Below the pieces are notes generated by a model, which worked only from the letters and a program-made list of their open reading frames with translations, did no database searches and was not told the DNA's origin. The translations under genes and the position numbers were made by a program. 64,000 nt of DNA from Naegleria gruberi. Lineage: Eukaryota. Numbering within the stretch: position 1 is the stretch's first letter; each line of letters opens with the position of its first letter. Positions 1-10,336 of the stretch are shown here, piece by piece. Where the stretch lies: the NCBI GenBank assembly GCA_000004985.1, contig GG738859.1. One strand, given 5' to 3'.

Positions 1-1279
1 ATCTACAAATTTCCATGTTACCACTCAGTTGAAGATCATGAAGCTTGTTGAAAAATTGCAATTGCTTGATTTCTTGCCATGCCGTTAATTGATTAGATCT
101 AAGATTGATCCGTTTAAGATGAGAACTAGAATTGGCTGTTATTCTCCTAAGATTTTCAGCAACATCTTGATTGAGTTGGTTATTCTCCAAGTTAATTATT
201 TCTAATTTAGGGCAAACAACACCATGGAATGAATCTAAGCTTTCCAATTCATTGAATGCCAAGTTGAGTTCGATTAAATTTGGTAAATTAATAGTGATAC
301 AATTCTTTTCCTCTGTGTCTTTCTTCCTTAAAATAGTGTGTAAATTGTTGTGTGAAAGATTTAAAACCATCAAATGGCTCAACACGAAATGCTTTCCCAC
401 ATCATTGAAAGCATCAAAAATTGAAATTTCCAAATTGGTATTTTTCAAAATGAAAACCTTCAACTTGTTCACTAACAAATCAATAAATGCTGGTTTAGAA
501 AATATTGGTGGAACCTCTCCCTTCTTAAACCAAACATTGGAAATGTTCAAAACCTCCAAAACTTTGAAAACATCTTTCGACTTTTCGGAGAATTCATTCT
601 TTTGTTCTCTATCATCTGGTTCCAAGAAAATATCAAACAGTAATTGCTCGTCAATACTAATCAAATTTAACACTCTCAGTGTCTCAGAAAAATCATGGAA
701 AATATTTCTTTCAATCCTCAAAAATTGTGAATCCAAAACTGTCAATCCTTCCAAATTGATTGTCTTGAATGCTGACTCTTCTATTGAACATGTTGATATT
801 CAAAAAATTGAATCCAATTACTTACCTGTTGTCTCATCGTTCGTAATAAATTTTCCTTTAATATACAATAATCTTGTAAAATTTGATCGAATAATCAAAT
901 GTTTCAAGTTGTGAAAAAGTGTCAAATCAACCTCAACATCTTCAGTTTTGTTTGATTGCATTGGACCTTTCTTTGTCTTGTTTGTTTCCAATTGTAAAAC
1001 TCGAATATTCTTAAAAATGTAAATAAATCTCTCAAAATCAGTATTAGTCAACTCGGTAATAAATTCATTATCAACAATTTGCTCAACAAACCAAGAGAAG
1101 AAACTCTTTTTTTCTTTCTGTTTTCGTTTAAATTCCTTAACTCGAGCATTTAAAATTCTCAAAATTTTGTATTTCATTTTCAAAATCTTTGAATTTGGTA
1201 CTTTATGATTGACCATTCCAAATAAAGAATCATAACGAATTTTGTTCATCAAGTGATGAAAATAAATAGTACTAATCAT
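1..1279 (-). CDS. Leucine-rich-repeat (LRR) protein. Exons 1279..826 and 780..1 with a 45-nt intron at 825..781. The 3' end of the gene lies beyond the window start.
   Basis: Minus-strand reading MISTIYFHHLMNK...FITNDETTG runs into GTAAGTAATTGG...GTTCAATAG. After removing that 45 nt the frame continues EESAFKTINLEGLTVLDS...LNLSHNNLHTI...INLPNLIELNLAFNELESL...LEIINLENNQLN...INLRSNQLTAWQEI...LQLSGN, i.e. tandem LxxLxLxxN repeats. It stays open to position 1; the track omits edge-truncated ORFs. The plus-strand ORF 171..914 is the antisense shadow of this gene. Confidence 0.6.
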
Positions 1280-1435
1280 TGGCAGGAGTGGATTTTCATC
1301 GAGTGCAAACGGTGATTTGTCTTGTTAATATTTCAAATCATCATTTCAATAAAATCATCATCACACCATGTAAAAACAGTTGTGTTGTTATAATAATTTT
1401 GTTGTTTTTTGATAATTAGAGACATTAAAAACAAA

Positions 1436-1846
1436 CTACCTACTTTCTTCAATGTATGCTCCGTTGCTTTGTAAATACTTTTCAACCCATTCCGAATGAA
1501 TTTTCTTCCTCCTTTCCCACCATCTTTCAATTATTGATTTTTCCACTTCCAAAGTTTCCTTTCTAGAATTTGTTAAATTATTGTTGCTGTTGTTATCGGT
1601 GGGATTTGTTTGGTTATTATCATAATCATTCATTAGAAAGGGGTCCACACCACAAACTGTCAAAAAATCATTAGTGATTCGGAGAGGTTCTTTCGTATTA
1701 TTATTTGAAGGTGTGGTATAGGGATATAGGTGAGTCACATTCATGAATTGATGAGCACGAGTAAGTAGTTTTTCACCGTGCTCTATTAGATAGAGTGAAA
1801 AAAGTTTTAGGATGTCTTCTGCATCCACGGCTTTGGCAGATGACAT
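1436..1846 (-). CDS. N/D-rich hypothetical protein (136 aa). Alternatively the 5' exon (1846..1444) of the downstream LRR gene via a putative 123-nt intron at 1443..1321.
   Basis: ATG at 1846. A GTAGGT donor at 1443 overlaps the stop. The acceptor TTAACAAG|AC at 1321 keeps the frame into KSPFALDENPLLPMISTIY... of the LRR gene. Which of the two models is correct cannot be decided from sequence. Confidence 0.35.
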   Translation of the reverse strand: MSSAKAVDAEDILKLFSLYLIEHGEKLLTRAHQFMNVTHLYPYTTPSNNNTKEPLRITNDFLTVCGVDPFLMNDYDNNQTNPTDNNSNNNLTNSRKETLEVEKSIIERWWERRKKIHSEWVEKYLQSNGAYIEESR

Positions 1847-2111
1847 TTTTTTTGATTATTATAATTATGTTTGATTAGGATGCTTGATATTTCAGAATCG
1901 GTGTAACGAAACTATCATAAATCAACACCAATGTTTTTTATCTTTCTCCATTACTAAGTACTTGATGGAAATCTAAATATCGAGTTCACAAAGATTGATC
2001 TCCCATTTTCATTCAAATGAACACAGATAATGTCAAGATAATTTCATTCTTCATTCCAAAAGAAAGAAAATGCATTTTCTTTACAGAAATAATTTAGTTT
2101 ATATTTACAAG

Positions 2112-3467
2112 TTAATGGTGGTTAATATCTTTACATTTAGAACAGAGGCAGTGAACTGGACCAATATGTTTAGCAATACAGAGGTCAGCTGGGTGAGACT
2201 TTCTTGATTCCAAATAATCATTTACAAAGTCTTCAATCTTTTGCTTACTGACATTAGGCATGACAATACAGTGAGCAACAGTTCCTTCACAGGCAAGTTG
2301 CCACTTCTTGACAAATTCCTCATCCATTGGTCGTTCCAAAACAATTGTATTTGAGTGATCGTTCAATAAGCATCCAACTCCGGCTTCTTTCAATAATTTG
2401 ATCATGTACTTGGCATTTTCTAAACACTTTCTGGCATCTGAGGCAAATCCTTCAGTTCCCTTCTTTCTCAAAGTCAACCACAAGTATAAAGAAGCTTGTC
2501 CATTTCTTGAACCCATGATAGTGGTATCAACACTGTTAAGATAATCAATGTGACTCTTCAATGTTTCAACATATCTCTTTCTAGTAATTGTGACACCACA
2601 TGGCATTGGACAACCCATAAATTTGTGACCAGAAACTGAAATTGAACCAATTGGCTTGGTAAAGTTAACTTCGAGAGCTTCTTCAATAAATGGCAAAATC
2701 AAAGCAAACAATGCACCATCACAGTGAATGAAGAATTCATCTTCAGTGTATCCAGTTCTCTTGAAAATTTCCAAAATTGTATCCAAGTTATCAACTGCAC
2801 CTTTAACAGTTGTACCAATGTTAACGTTCATAACAATTGGTCTCTTCTTCTTTCCGATAGATAAATCTTCAGTTTCAACTCTATTCTTAATCAATTCTTG
2901 TTCAAAGATTGCATAATCAATTTCACCAGTGAAAAGTGTTGGAACTCTAATTTCTGGCATTCTGTACAATTTGGCAGCCTTAGATACAGAGTAGTGAGAT
3001 TCACGTGAGGAAACCAAAACAGCATCTGGGAATTGTTCTCTACCTAACAAGATACCATACAAATTACCTTCTGTTCCACAATTTGTGACATATCCCCAAT
3101 ATTCATCATGGCTCCAATTCTTGGTATTGTCCTTATCTTCACATGGACCAATTTTCCACAACTTGGCAAAGAATTCCAAAACAGATTGTTCAAAAGCTCT
3201 AGAGTGAACACCATAATTTGATTCAACAAAAGGATCACCCAAATTGTTAACTGAATAACGTAAGAATGGTGACAATTCTTCATGATTATAACTCAAATTG
3301 TAAGGATAACCAAAGTGGTGATAGGTTCTTTCTTCAATATGTTTCTTATATTGATCGAGAATATCTTGTGTTGAGAGATTTTCATTTATGACAAAGTTGA
3401 AATTCTTATCAACGATTTGTGGACCATTGGTTGAAGTGCTATTACTGTTAGTTGTTGTTGATTCCAT
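2112..3467 (-). CDS. SDC: Serine decarboxylase (PLP-dependent group II decarboxylase, plant SDC / histidine-decarboxylase family)
   Basis: 451-aa ORF with ATG at 3467. HHFGYPYNL, NLGDPF(V/I)ESNYGVHSR, YWGY(V/I)TNCGTEGN and SISVSGHKFMGCPMPCGV (PLP-lysine SGHK motif) are near-identical to plant serine decarboxylase. Confidence 0.85.
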   Translation of the reverse strand: MESTTTNSNSTSTNGPQIVDKNFNFVINENLSTQDILDQYKKHIEERTYHHFGYPYNLSYNHEELSPFLRYSVNNLGDPFVESNYGVHSRAFEQSVLEFFAKLWKIGPCEDKDNTKNWSHDEYWGYVTNCGTEGNLYGILLGREQFPDAVLVSSRESHYSVSKAAKLYRMPEIRVPTLFTGEIDYAIFEQELIKNRVETEDLSIGKKKRPIVMNVNIGTTVKGAVDNLDTILEIFKRTGYTEDEFFIHCDGALFALILPFIEEALEVNFTKPIGSISVSGHKFMGCPMPCGVTITRKRYVETLKSHIDYLNSVDTTIMGSRNGQASLYLWLTLRKKGTEGFASDARKCLENAKYMIKLLKEAGVGCLLNDHSNTIVLERPMDEEFVKKWQLACEGTVAHCIVMPNVSKQKIEDFVNDYLESRKSHPADLCIAKHIGPVHCLCSKCKDINHH

Positions 3468-4444
3468 CTTGTTGTGTTTAGTTAAAAAAGACAGTAAGTA
3501 GCAAAGAGAGAGGTTGAGTGTGGAGTTGTTTTTTTGTGCTTGGAAAATGTTGTGGCACAGATGTACGTCGATTTAAATTGAAGGGTCCTATTCTCAATAG
3601 AATCATTATTGAATGCTCATCATTATATTTAAATCGTCATGATGCTGGTCGCCACTGATGATTCATCAGCACAATAATATTCCTTCATCACAAGTGACGC
3701 ACTAATGATGAAAGGAAGAGCAAATGAAGAGAGAGGAGAATTTTCATCTTTTCAAAATTGAATTGAACCAATTATTCTACACAATTATTAACCACCTCAA
3801 ATGAGCGTTAAAATAAACCTTGGCAAAAACTCAGCAAAAGCGCGAACCGTAGATGTATGTGCTACTATAAATGCTCAACAAGTAATGGCGCCAACTTGAG
3901 CGCACGTCTCTGATGCTTATACCCGTACAGAATGTTCACAGGAAAATTATCAAAAGGAACCAAGGTTTCAAATTTGAACCATCAAAACATGGGAAGAGAA
4001 TGTTACTGGAATGATTTATATGGTTGTATCAGGTTTGATTTTGTTGACCATTTGGTCTTTCTGTTTCGTATCAGTTTCTAACAATTATAAAATCCTTAAG
4101 CACCTTGTTGAGTAAAGATAACAAGAAGATATTGTTAAAAGTGTGGTCAGCACTTACATATTTGGTGATGGAAACTGTGAACCAATTTTTCCAATGAAGA
4201 TTCATAACTTGCCACATCATGAAGCAAAGATATCATTAGGAAGATATTGATCATCTATTACAAATTGACTGAATATCTGTAATCTCCGTTGAGAATTGAA
4301 ACTTTACAATTTTATTGAGATGTCTGATCTACAGAAATTTCGTCAAACTACAGAAATAATTAAGATAACCATTCTAATACCAGATTTAAATAGAATTACA
4401 ATCAAGTCAGGTGTCATCAGTCCAATTATAATATTCAAAAAAAA

Positions 4445-4993
4445 ATGAACGTAAGATCAATCTTGACTGTCCTCGTTGTGTTGCTCGTCGCCGTATGCTA
4501 CTTGCATGGTGTCACTGCCATCAAACCACAAGCCAAAATGGCAGGTGTCAAGGAATTGAACAGAAATAACTTTAAATCATTTGTTAAGAATAATGAAAAT
4601 ATTCTTGTTGAATTCTATGCTCCAGTATGTTATCAAAAATTATTCGGATGAAAATTCTAAATATCTTGTTGTTATTACACTTTCAATATTTCTAATATTT
4701 TATTGGAATACAAATATTCGAAATTTGATATTTGATGAAACTAATACAAATAGTGGTGTTATTATTCTAAGGAATTCGCTAATGAAATGAAGAAGCTCGG
4801 TAAGATGAAATTGTCAGGTGTCAAGGTTGCCAAGATCAATGGTGACAAGTTCTCTGGTATTGCCAGAAAGTACAAGGTTGATGGTTTCCCATCTATTTTG
4901 TTGATCAAGAATGGTGAAGCTGTTGAATACAAGGGTGTTCAAAACACTGCTAGAAAGGTCAGACAATTCGTCAAGAAGAATATTTCTGCTTAA
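4445..4993 (+). CDS. Secreted single-domain thioredoxin-fold (PDI a-domain-like) protein with a CxxS active site. Exons 4445..4624 and 4754..4993, 129-nt intron at 4625..4753 (GTATGT...AAATAG).
   Basis: N-terminal signal peptide MNVRSILTVLVVLLVAVCYLHG. Exon 1 ends ...LVEFYAP. Splicing restores APWCYYSKEFANEMKKLGK...VDGFPSILLIKNG, which aligns to PDI (LVEFYAPWCGHCKALAPEY...GYPTI) with CGHC replaced by CYYS. The track shows the two exons as separate ORFs 4445..4651 and 4787..4993. Confidence 0.75.
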
Positions 4994-5125
4994 ATAAATT
5001 CTTCTCTATGTCTACCTTTGAACTCAGTTATACACCCGATGAATCATTGTTTTATTTCAATGAAAAAGAATAATTACATTTAAATTTACATTCAAAAAGG
5101 TTAAATTCATCTACTAACTCGAGAA

Positions 5126-5198
5126 GCCGACATAGCTCAGTTGGGAGAGCGTAAGACTGAAGATCTTAAGGTCCCTGGTTCGATCCCTGGTGTCGGCA
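5126..5198 (+). tRNA. tRNA-Phe (anticodon GAA)
   Basis: GCCGACATAGCTCAGTTGGGAGAGCGTAAGACTGAAGATCTTAAGGTCCCTGGTTCGATCCCTGGTGTCGGCA. Acceptor pairs 7/7, anticodon loop CTGAAGA, T-loop GGTTCGATCC, followed by a TTTT run. Confidence 0.9.
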
Positions 5199-5271
5199 AA
5201 TTTTAACACCCAAAACTTTTAATTCAAGTTAAAATAAATTTATTCAATCAATTTTTGTAAATAAAAGAAAA

Positions 5272-6207
5272 ATGAGTGACAACAATCACAGCCAGCAGGA
5301 GGAATTTGCCAACAATATCCAACATCAACCGGATATCATTCAACAACAACAGCAACCAAACAATAACTTTTCCAACGATGTACCATCATCATCATCATCA
5401 GGGTCATCGGATTTTTACATAAATAATTCTTCATCACCAATGCAGGACAATATGTTCATGGATAATTCATCATCATCATTTAATATGAATTATATGCCAC
5501 CTTCTTTTAATAATCAATTTAATCCGAATCAAATATATAATCAAGCTGCTAATCAATTTTCGCCACAACCAAATAATAATATGAATTTTATGAATCCAAC
5601 AGTTTATGCTCCACCAATGAATCAAAATCCACAAACATTACAGGAAATGATTGAACAAAAAAGTAATTATATTCCACCAGAGAAACGAGTTGTCAGACCA
5701 TTACCATTATCTCCATTCATGGAAGGATTTGATTCAATGGAACAAATTCAAAAACAATTGGCTATTAAGAAAGCTATTGAAACAATGACTGAATCATGTG
5801 TTTCTAAATCTGCTTTTGCAGCTGTTGCTGGTACAGTTTTGGGAGGTGCTTTTGGTATTATTAGTGCCAGTTTTACACTTGAAAATACATATATGAAAAC
5901 TCCACAACAAATTATTCGTGAAGAATCAATGACAGGAAGGGAGAAAGTGAGAGAATACTTTAGAGAAACAAAGAATAGATGTGTCAGTATGGGTAAATCA
6001 TTTGGTGCTGTTGGTGCTTTATATAGTTTCTTTGAATGTAGTTTGGAGAAGGTGAGAGGTAAGAAAGATGTTAAGGGAAGTTTAATGGCTGGTTGCATTT
6101 CTGGTGCTGTTCTGGCTAGAAAAGCTGGTATTGGTCCAATGATTTTAGGTTGTGCTACATTCAGTGCTTTCAGTGGTGCTATTGATTATTACACTGAATA
6201 TACTTAA
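5272..6207 (+). CDS. Tim17/Tim22/Tim23-family mitochondrial inner-membrane translocase subunit (Tim23-like) with a long N/Q/S-rich N-terminal extension
   Basis: The C-terminal ~150 aa carry the family signature AVAGTVLGGAFG...GALYSFFECSLEKVRGKKDVKGSLMAGCISGAVLA...GPMILGCATFSAFSG (G/AxxxG helices plus the RGxxD motif). The N-terminal 150 aa are low-complexity Q/N/S. Confidence 0.6.
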   Translation: MSDNNHSQQEEFANNIQHQPDIIQQQQQPNNNFSNDVPSSSSSGSSDFYINNSSSPMQDNMFMDNSSSSFNMNYMPPSFNNQFNPNQIYNQAANQFSPQPNNNMNFMNPTVYAPPMNQNPQTLQEMIEQKSNYIPPEKRVVRPLPLSPFMEGFDSMEQIQKQLAIKKAIETMTESCVSKSAFAAVAGTVLGGAFGIISASFTLENTYMKTPQQIIREESMTGREKVREYFRETKNRCVSMGKSFGAVGALYSFFECSLEKVRGKKDVKGSLMAGCISGAVLARKAGIGPMILGCATFSAFSGAIDYYTEYT

Positions 6208-6372
6208 TTAGTAAAAAGAGTTTAAATTTTGTTTCACTTTGGACTTGAAAGATTATTTTGGTGCATTTTCATAAATAAGCACTCTGCTGAGTTCCACAAA
6301 CAACTTTATCAATAAGGTTTACTTGTTTCCTTTCGCTACTTTTTTGAGAGAATTCAAATCAGCTAAAAAAAT

Positions 6373-7050
6373 ATGATACACGAAAGTCCAACATATTCAA
6401 ACGATTCCTCACCAAGTGCTCTAGTGTTGGCTGATTCACAATTTAGTTCCTCCCCAATTGAAACAGAAGAGGAAAAGTACATTCAACAGCAATACATTAA
6501 TAGGAAACTGAAAAAAGAAGGAATAACAACAGGTAATCAATTTCTTTCTAGATTTTCAGAGAAACACTCAACGCAACAATGTCTATTAGGTTGCATTATC
6601 ACATCAGGATTGATTTGCTTTTCCTTGTTTTGCATGGGAATTGTCCTATTGTTCATTTTCAGTGTTGTTTCGTTTACAATAATCGATTATGGAAATTACA
6701 ATTTTCAAAAAACATGTTCAGTGTTGGATATTTCATGTAATGATAGTCAACTGTGTAGAGGAATTTTGTCGTACGGAGGAAAGAATTATACAAGTCAGGA
6801 TGAATATCCACTCGATTGTAATGTTTGGAAAGAAGTAAGAAAGGGAATTTCAGTACCATGTTATTTTAACAAGGCAGAAAAGCTGTCAATGCTCTATCCA
6901 CTAGTTGTCTTTGATGATTGGTCACTGCTTATTTCCTCCTCCTCATTGATGGTATTGGTTCCAATAAGTGGTCTGATATGTGCAATCCTCATGATTTGTT
7001 CAGTGAAACATGGAAATGTGTGGGGTAAAAATAGCAAGATAAACAGGTAG
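6373..7050 (+). CDS. Hypothetical membrane protein (two predicted TM helices, Cys-rich loop)
   Basis: 225-aa ORF with a real ATG at 6373 in an AAAAAATATG context. Hydrophobic stretches CLLGCIITSGLICFSLFCMGIVLLFIFSVV and LMVLVPISGLICAILMIC. No family recognised. Confidence 0.4.
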   Translation: MIHESPTYSNDSSPSALVLADSQFSSSPIETEEEKYIQQQYINRKLKKEGITTGNQFLSRFSEKHSTQQCLLGCIITSGLICFSLFCMGIVLLFIFSVVSFTIIDYGNYNFQKTCSVLDISCNDSQLCRGILSYGGKNYTSQDEYPLDCNVWKEVRKGISVPCYFNKAEKLSMLYPLVVFDDWSLLISSSSLMVLVPISGLICAILMICSVKHGNVWGKNSKINR

Positions 7051-7137
7051 TGATTGGTTCATCCACCTTCTGAGAAGATTATTTCCAATAAGAATTAAAT
7101 CTTGAATATTTTGAATTTGTGTGTATATTTACAAAGA

Positions 7138-7638
7138 TTAATTAACATAGTCCATCAAATCATCATTATCAGCTGTTACATCAACGTGTTCCTGTAACGT
7201 TTCAGCATTTACATGTTGCACCTTTGTTGGAACAACAGGAGAATATGTTAATACTTCATCATCCAAATCCAAGACATCATCTTCATCATCGTCATGTCTC
7301 TCAGGTTCTTTAATTCCTAATTTTCTCCTTATATCACCTAAAGCCTTTGTAATAAATTCCAAATCACTTTTCATTTCCTTCATCATGAATTGATGAATTT
7401 GAAAATCCTTTTGAATATTTGGCAACTCTATCGAGCATTTATCATTAATTTGTTGTAATTGTTCATTGGTATGTTTCATAGCCTTGACAGCTTCTACTTG
7501 CTTAGCATGAATTTGTTGCATATCTGTTGGGTGAAGAGCAGCATTCATAATACTGTCCACAAATAATTTACTTGTCGATGACGATTGTTGTTGCTGATCA
7601 ACTTGTTCCGAAGTTGATGAAGATAATATTTGACTCAT
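7138..7638 (-). CDS. KXD1: KxDL-motif protein (KXD1 / BORCS4-like coiled-coil protein)
   Basis: 166 aa. FVDSIMNAALHPTDMQQIHAKQVEAVKAMKHTNEQLQQIN...QFMMKEMKSDLEFITKALGDIRRKLG aligns with human KXD1 (FCGRILSMVNTDDV...[22 protein letters not shown]), including the K-x-D-L motif. It starts only 45 bp downstream of the fimbrin stop. Confidence 0.55.
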   Translation of the reverse strand: MSQILSSSTSEQVDQQQQSSSTSKLFVDSIMNAALHPTDMQQIHAKQVEAVKAMKHTNEQLQQINDKCSIELPNIQKDFQIHQFMMKEMKSDLEFITKALGDIRRKLGIKEPERHDDDEDDVLDLDDEVLTYSPVVPTKVQHVNAETLQEHVDVTADNDDLMDYVN

Positions 7639-7683
7639 TTTTTAAAATTAGATTTTTTGAATTATTTTGAAATTATTTTTTAT

Positions 7684-9273
7684 TTATTTCTTCTTATGAG
7701 AAAGGAGCATGAGGGAAGCAACAAAACTTAAAATCATCTTCTTCTTAACTTCAACAATATCTTCCCACAATAAGAAAACAACAGCACCAATCTTTCTGGC
7801 AACTGAAATGGCATACTTGGCATTTTGTTCCTTATCATCAGAAATCATTTCAAGGTTACAAGATTGTGGTGAAATAGCGTGACACAAATTGATCAAGAAA
7901 ACACCATCAGTCAATGATGAATCTTCAAATGATGAAATAGTAGTGTGACCAACAGTCTTGTTAGCCCATTTGAGAACGTCATCTTCACTAACAGCCTTAC
8001 CACCACCAAGATTTTTCAAAGTATCAAGGAGTGAAATCTTCATCAATTGCCAGACGACAGCCAAAACAAGTTTCTTGTTACCATCATTAATATCCTTTCC
8101 TGAAATGTTATTGACCTTAACACCAATATGTTCAGAAGCAGCAACACAAACATTACAATTTCCAACAGCTTGGAAAACATTTCTTGGATACTTTTCAATC
8201 TTCTTTCCTTCAAGACATCCTGGTTTAATCTTTTCCAAAATTTCAGCAAACATTCTTCCATCACGCAAATCATCGAACAAGTTAGCAACGTTAACTCCCA
8301 AACTTTGAATCCAGAAAGTGAAAGCTCTTTCTTCTCTAGTACCTTCACCATCCAAATCCAAAAGATTTGCATAATCAGTCATATCCTTAGGAGCTTCAAG
8401 AGCTGGCCTTGTGTTGAAAAGGTTGGCAACAAAGGCAAGGTTGAGCTTTGAATTACCCTTAACAACATCAAGTGGTTTGACGAGTTTTCTACAATCAATC
8501 TTGGCAGCTTCATTCAACATCTTATCAGCTCTCTTTTCCATATCAGATTCATTCAATGGTGATAAAGTACAACATTCTGGAGCAATTTGCTTCAAGAGAC
8601 GAGTATAAATTTCAGAGTCTGTAACATCGGATGAAAAGTTGGTGATTTTTCTTGATGATCCACTCTTATCCATATGATAGTTAACCCATCTCATAAGAAT
8701 TTCTTCAGTTGGTAATTTAATAAAGCTTTCCAAAGATTCACCTTCCTTCAAGAGGAGAACCAATTCAGGATGGTGCTTGATTGAAATATCCTTAGTAAGA
8801 CATCTCTTAAGAACTTGCCACAATAATCCTAGGACAATGTGTGGTAGACCTTCTTGAATACTGGTTCTGGTAATGTTAACAGTTTTACAACCAATACCAG
8901 CAGCAGAGTTGATGGCCAATTCCAAGTTTTCATTAAGTTGCCATGGATTCAAATTTCCCTTCATGTTAATGACACGTTCGTCAATAGTTTGAGGAGAAGC
9001 AATATTAATTAATTTACTATTAACAATTACCAAAAAATCATCTCTGTTTAAAAAAACCTACCAAAAGATGATACCATCCTTAAGTTTATCAAACAAAGCT
9101 TCACTGTGAATAGGAAGCTTTGACTTGACATCCTTATCCTCTCTAAGTTCGTTGGAAATGTATTCAGAAAAACTTTCGACTTCAGCCTTATCGAATGAGT
9201 GAGTACCAGTTACACCACTCACTGAGGTAGTATTTTCAGAACGACTGGTAAGCTTTGCTTGTGTTGAGGACAT
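7684..9273 (-). CDS. Fimbrin/plastin (tandem calponin-homology actin-bundling protein). Exons 9273..9062 and 9016..7684, 45-nt intron at 9061..9017 (GTAGGT...TTAATAG).
   Basis: Exon 1 ends DKLKDGIIF. Splicing gives DGIIFCKLINIASPQTIDERVIN, matching human plastin [23 protein letters not shown]. The rest is collinear with plastin CH1-CH4 (NPWQLNENLELAINSAAGIGC, GLLWQVLK, LNLAFVANLF, ERAFTFWIQSLGV, LAVVWQLMK, YAISVARKIGA). No EF-hand exon was detected upstream. Confidence 0.85.
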
Positions 9274-9850
9274 TTTTTATTGTGATTGTATTGTACTGGT
9301 GTCTCCAAGCGCCCTTTTGTGGGTTTCACATTGGAATATTGAGAAAATGCTTGTTTGTGGGATTCTTTAGATGCTGTTTCTCGATCTCCATGTATAAAAA
9401 TCAACTCTTTGAGGTCGAATAATATTGATCATTATGAGAAATATGAGTATAGTGCTGTATTATATTACTGTCAAGTGACATTTAACTTGAAGATCAAGTC
9501 GCTTATTAAGGAATAAATAATCAACAAGTGGAAGAGAGCTCTCCCAACATTCTATTTTTAAAGTATAACAGAACATGTTCTGTACTTAGAGCTGTTCACC
9601 ATCTTTCATTATCAAAATATTGCCAGCTTGAATGTCACCTTCTCAAATTTATTAAGGATATAACACTTGAAAGTTGTTCAAAGGAATAAAAATTGTAGAT
9701 CACACTTGTTATCATTTAAAGGAATTTTGTACCAAACATGTTGGATACCTTTGTACAAAAATGCAATATCTGTCCTAATTCAAAGTTTCTAGGGTTGGCG
9801 CCACAGTAAATTTAAAGCCGTTTTGTCGTTGAGGTGAATTTAAAAAAAAA

Positions 9851-10336
9851 ATGCTGACCTCAAAAACAAGAAGAGACAGTAGTGAGAGGAGTAGAACAGG
9901 AAGCACGCAGAGAGTGATTAGACAAAATGGAGAGTTGTTTGGAGTGATACACGAAAGTAGAGCATCAAAAACAGCAAGGGATGATTACTTTCGACCGGAA
10001 TCAACCTACTCATCATCATTTGTAGTACCTAGAACATCCGATCAGCTCAACTCATCAGGTTCTTCTTTTAAAAAACCATTAATGCCTTATAAAATGAATG
10101 CTCCTAGAAATATGCTACCAGTTAGATTCTCTCATGATACTGTTCAAGGAAGGAAGAATGCCAGAAACAGCAGTCAATTCAATCTGAGGGATGGAGCTAA
10201 TTCTGATCGAACACGGTTTAGGACAACCAATCAAGTGAGCTACATTAATCATTCGGGTGGTCTTCCTGTTGGATTTGAAAATAAGGGGATACTGAGCGAG
10301 AAAACAAAGTGGTTCCACAAACGTCAAATGGATTAA
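9851..10336 (+). CDS. Hypothetical S/R-rich protein (161 aa); low confidence
   Basis: ATG in an AAAAAAAAAATG context, but codon usage (CGA/CGG/AGG/ACG) differs from neighbouring genes. It is flanked by unusually long non-coding stretches (577 and 612 bp). Confidence 0.3.
   Translation: MLTSKTRRDSSERSRTGSTQRVIRQNGELFGVIHESRASKTARDDYFRPESTYSSSFVVPRTSDQLNSSGSSFKKPLMPYKMNAPRNMLPVRFSHDTVQGRKNARNSSQFNLRDGANSDRTRFRTTNQVSYINHSGGLPVGFENKGILSEKTKWFHKRQMD

Noticed and set aside
171-914. 247-aa plus-strand ORF at the window start
   Set aside because: It is the antisense shadow of the minus-strand LRR gene; the LRR reading frame on the opposite strand is continuous and repeat-structured. The plus-strand translation is low-complexity K/S/F-rich with no motif.
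3830-3960. Spliceosomal snRNA, SRP RNA or RNase P RNA in the GC-rich island
   Set aside because: I could not find the invariant elements (U6 ACAGAGA, U2 branch-site recognition sequence, U1 5' ACUUACCUG, Alu-domain motifs). Kept only as a low-confidence ncRNA candidate.
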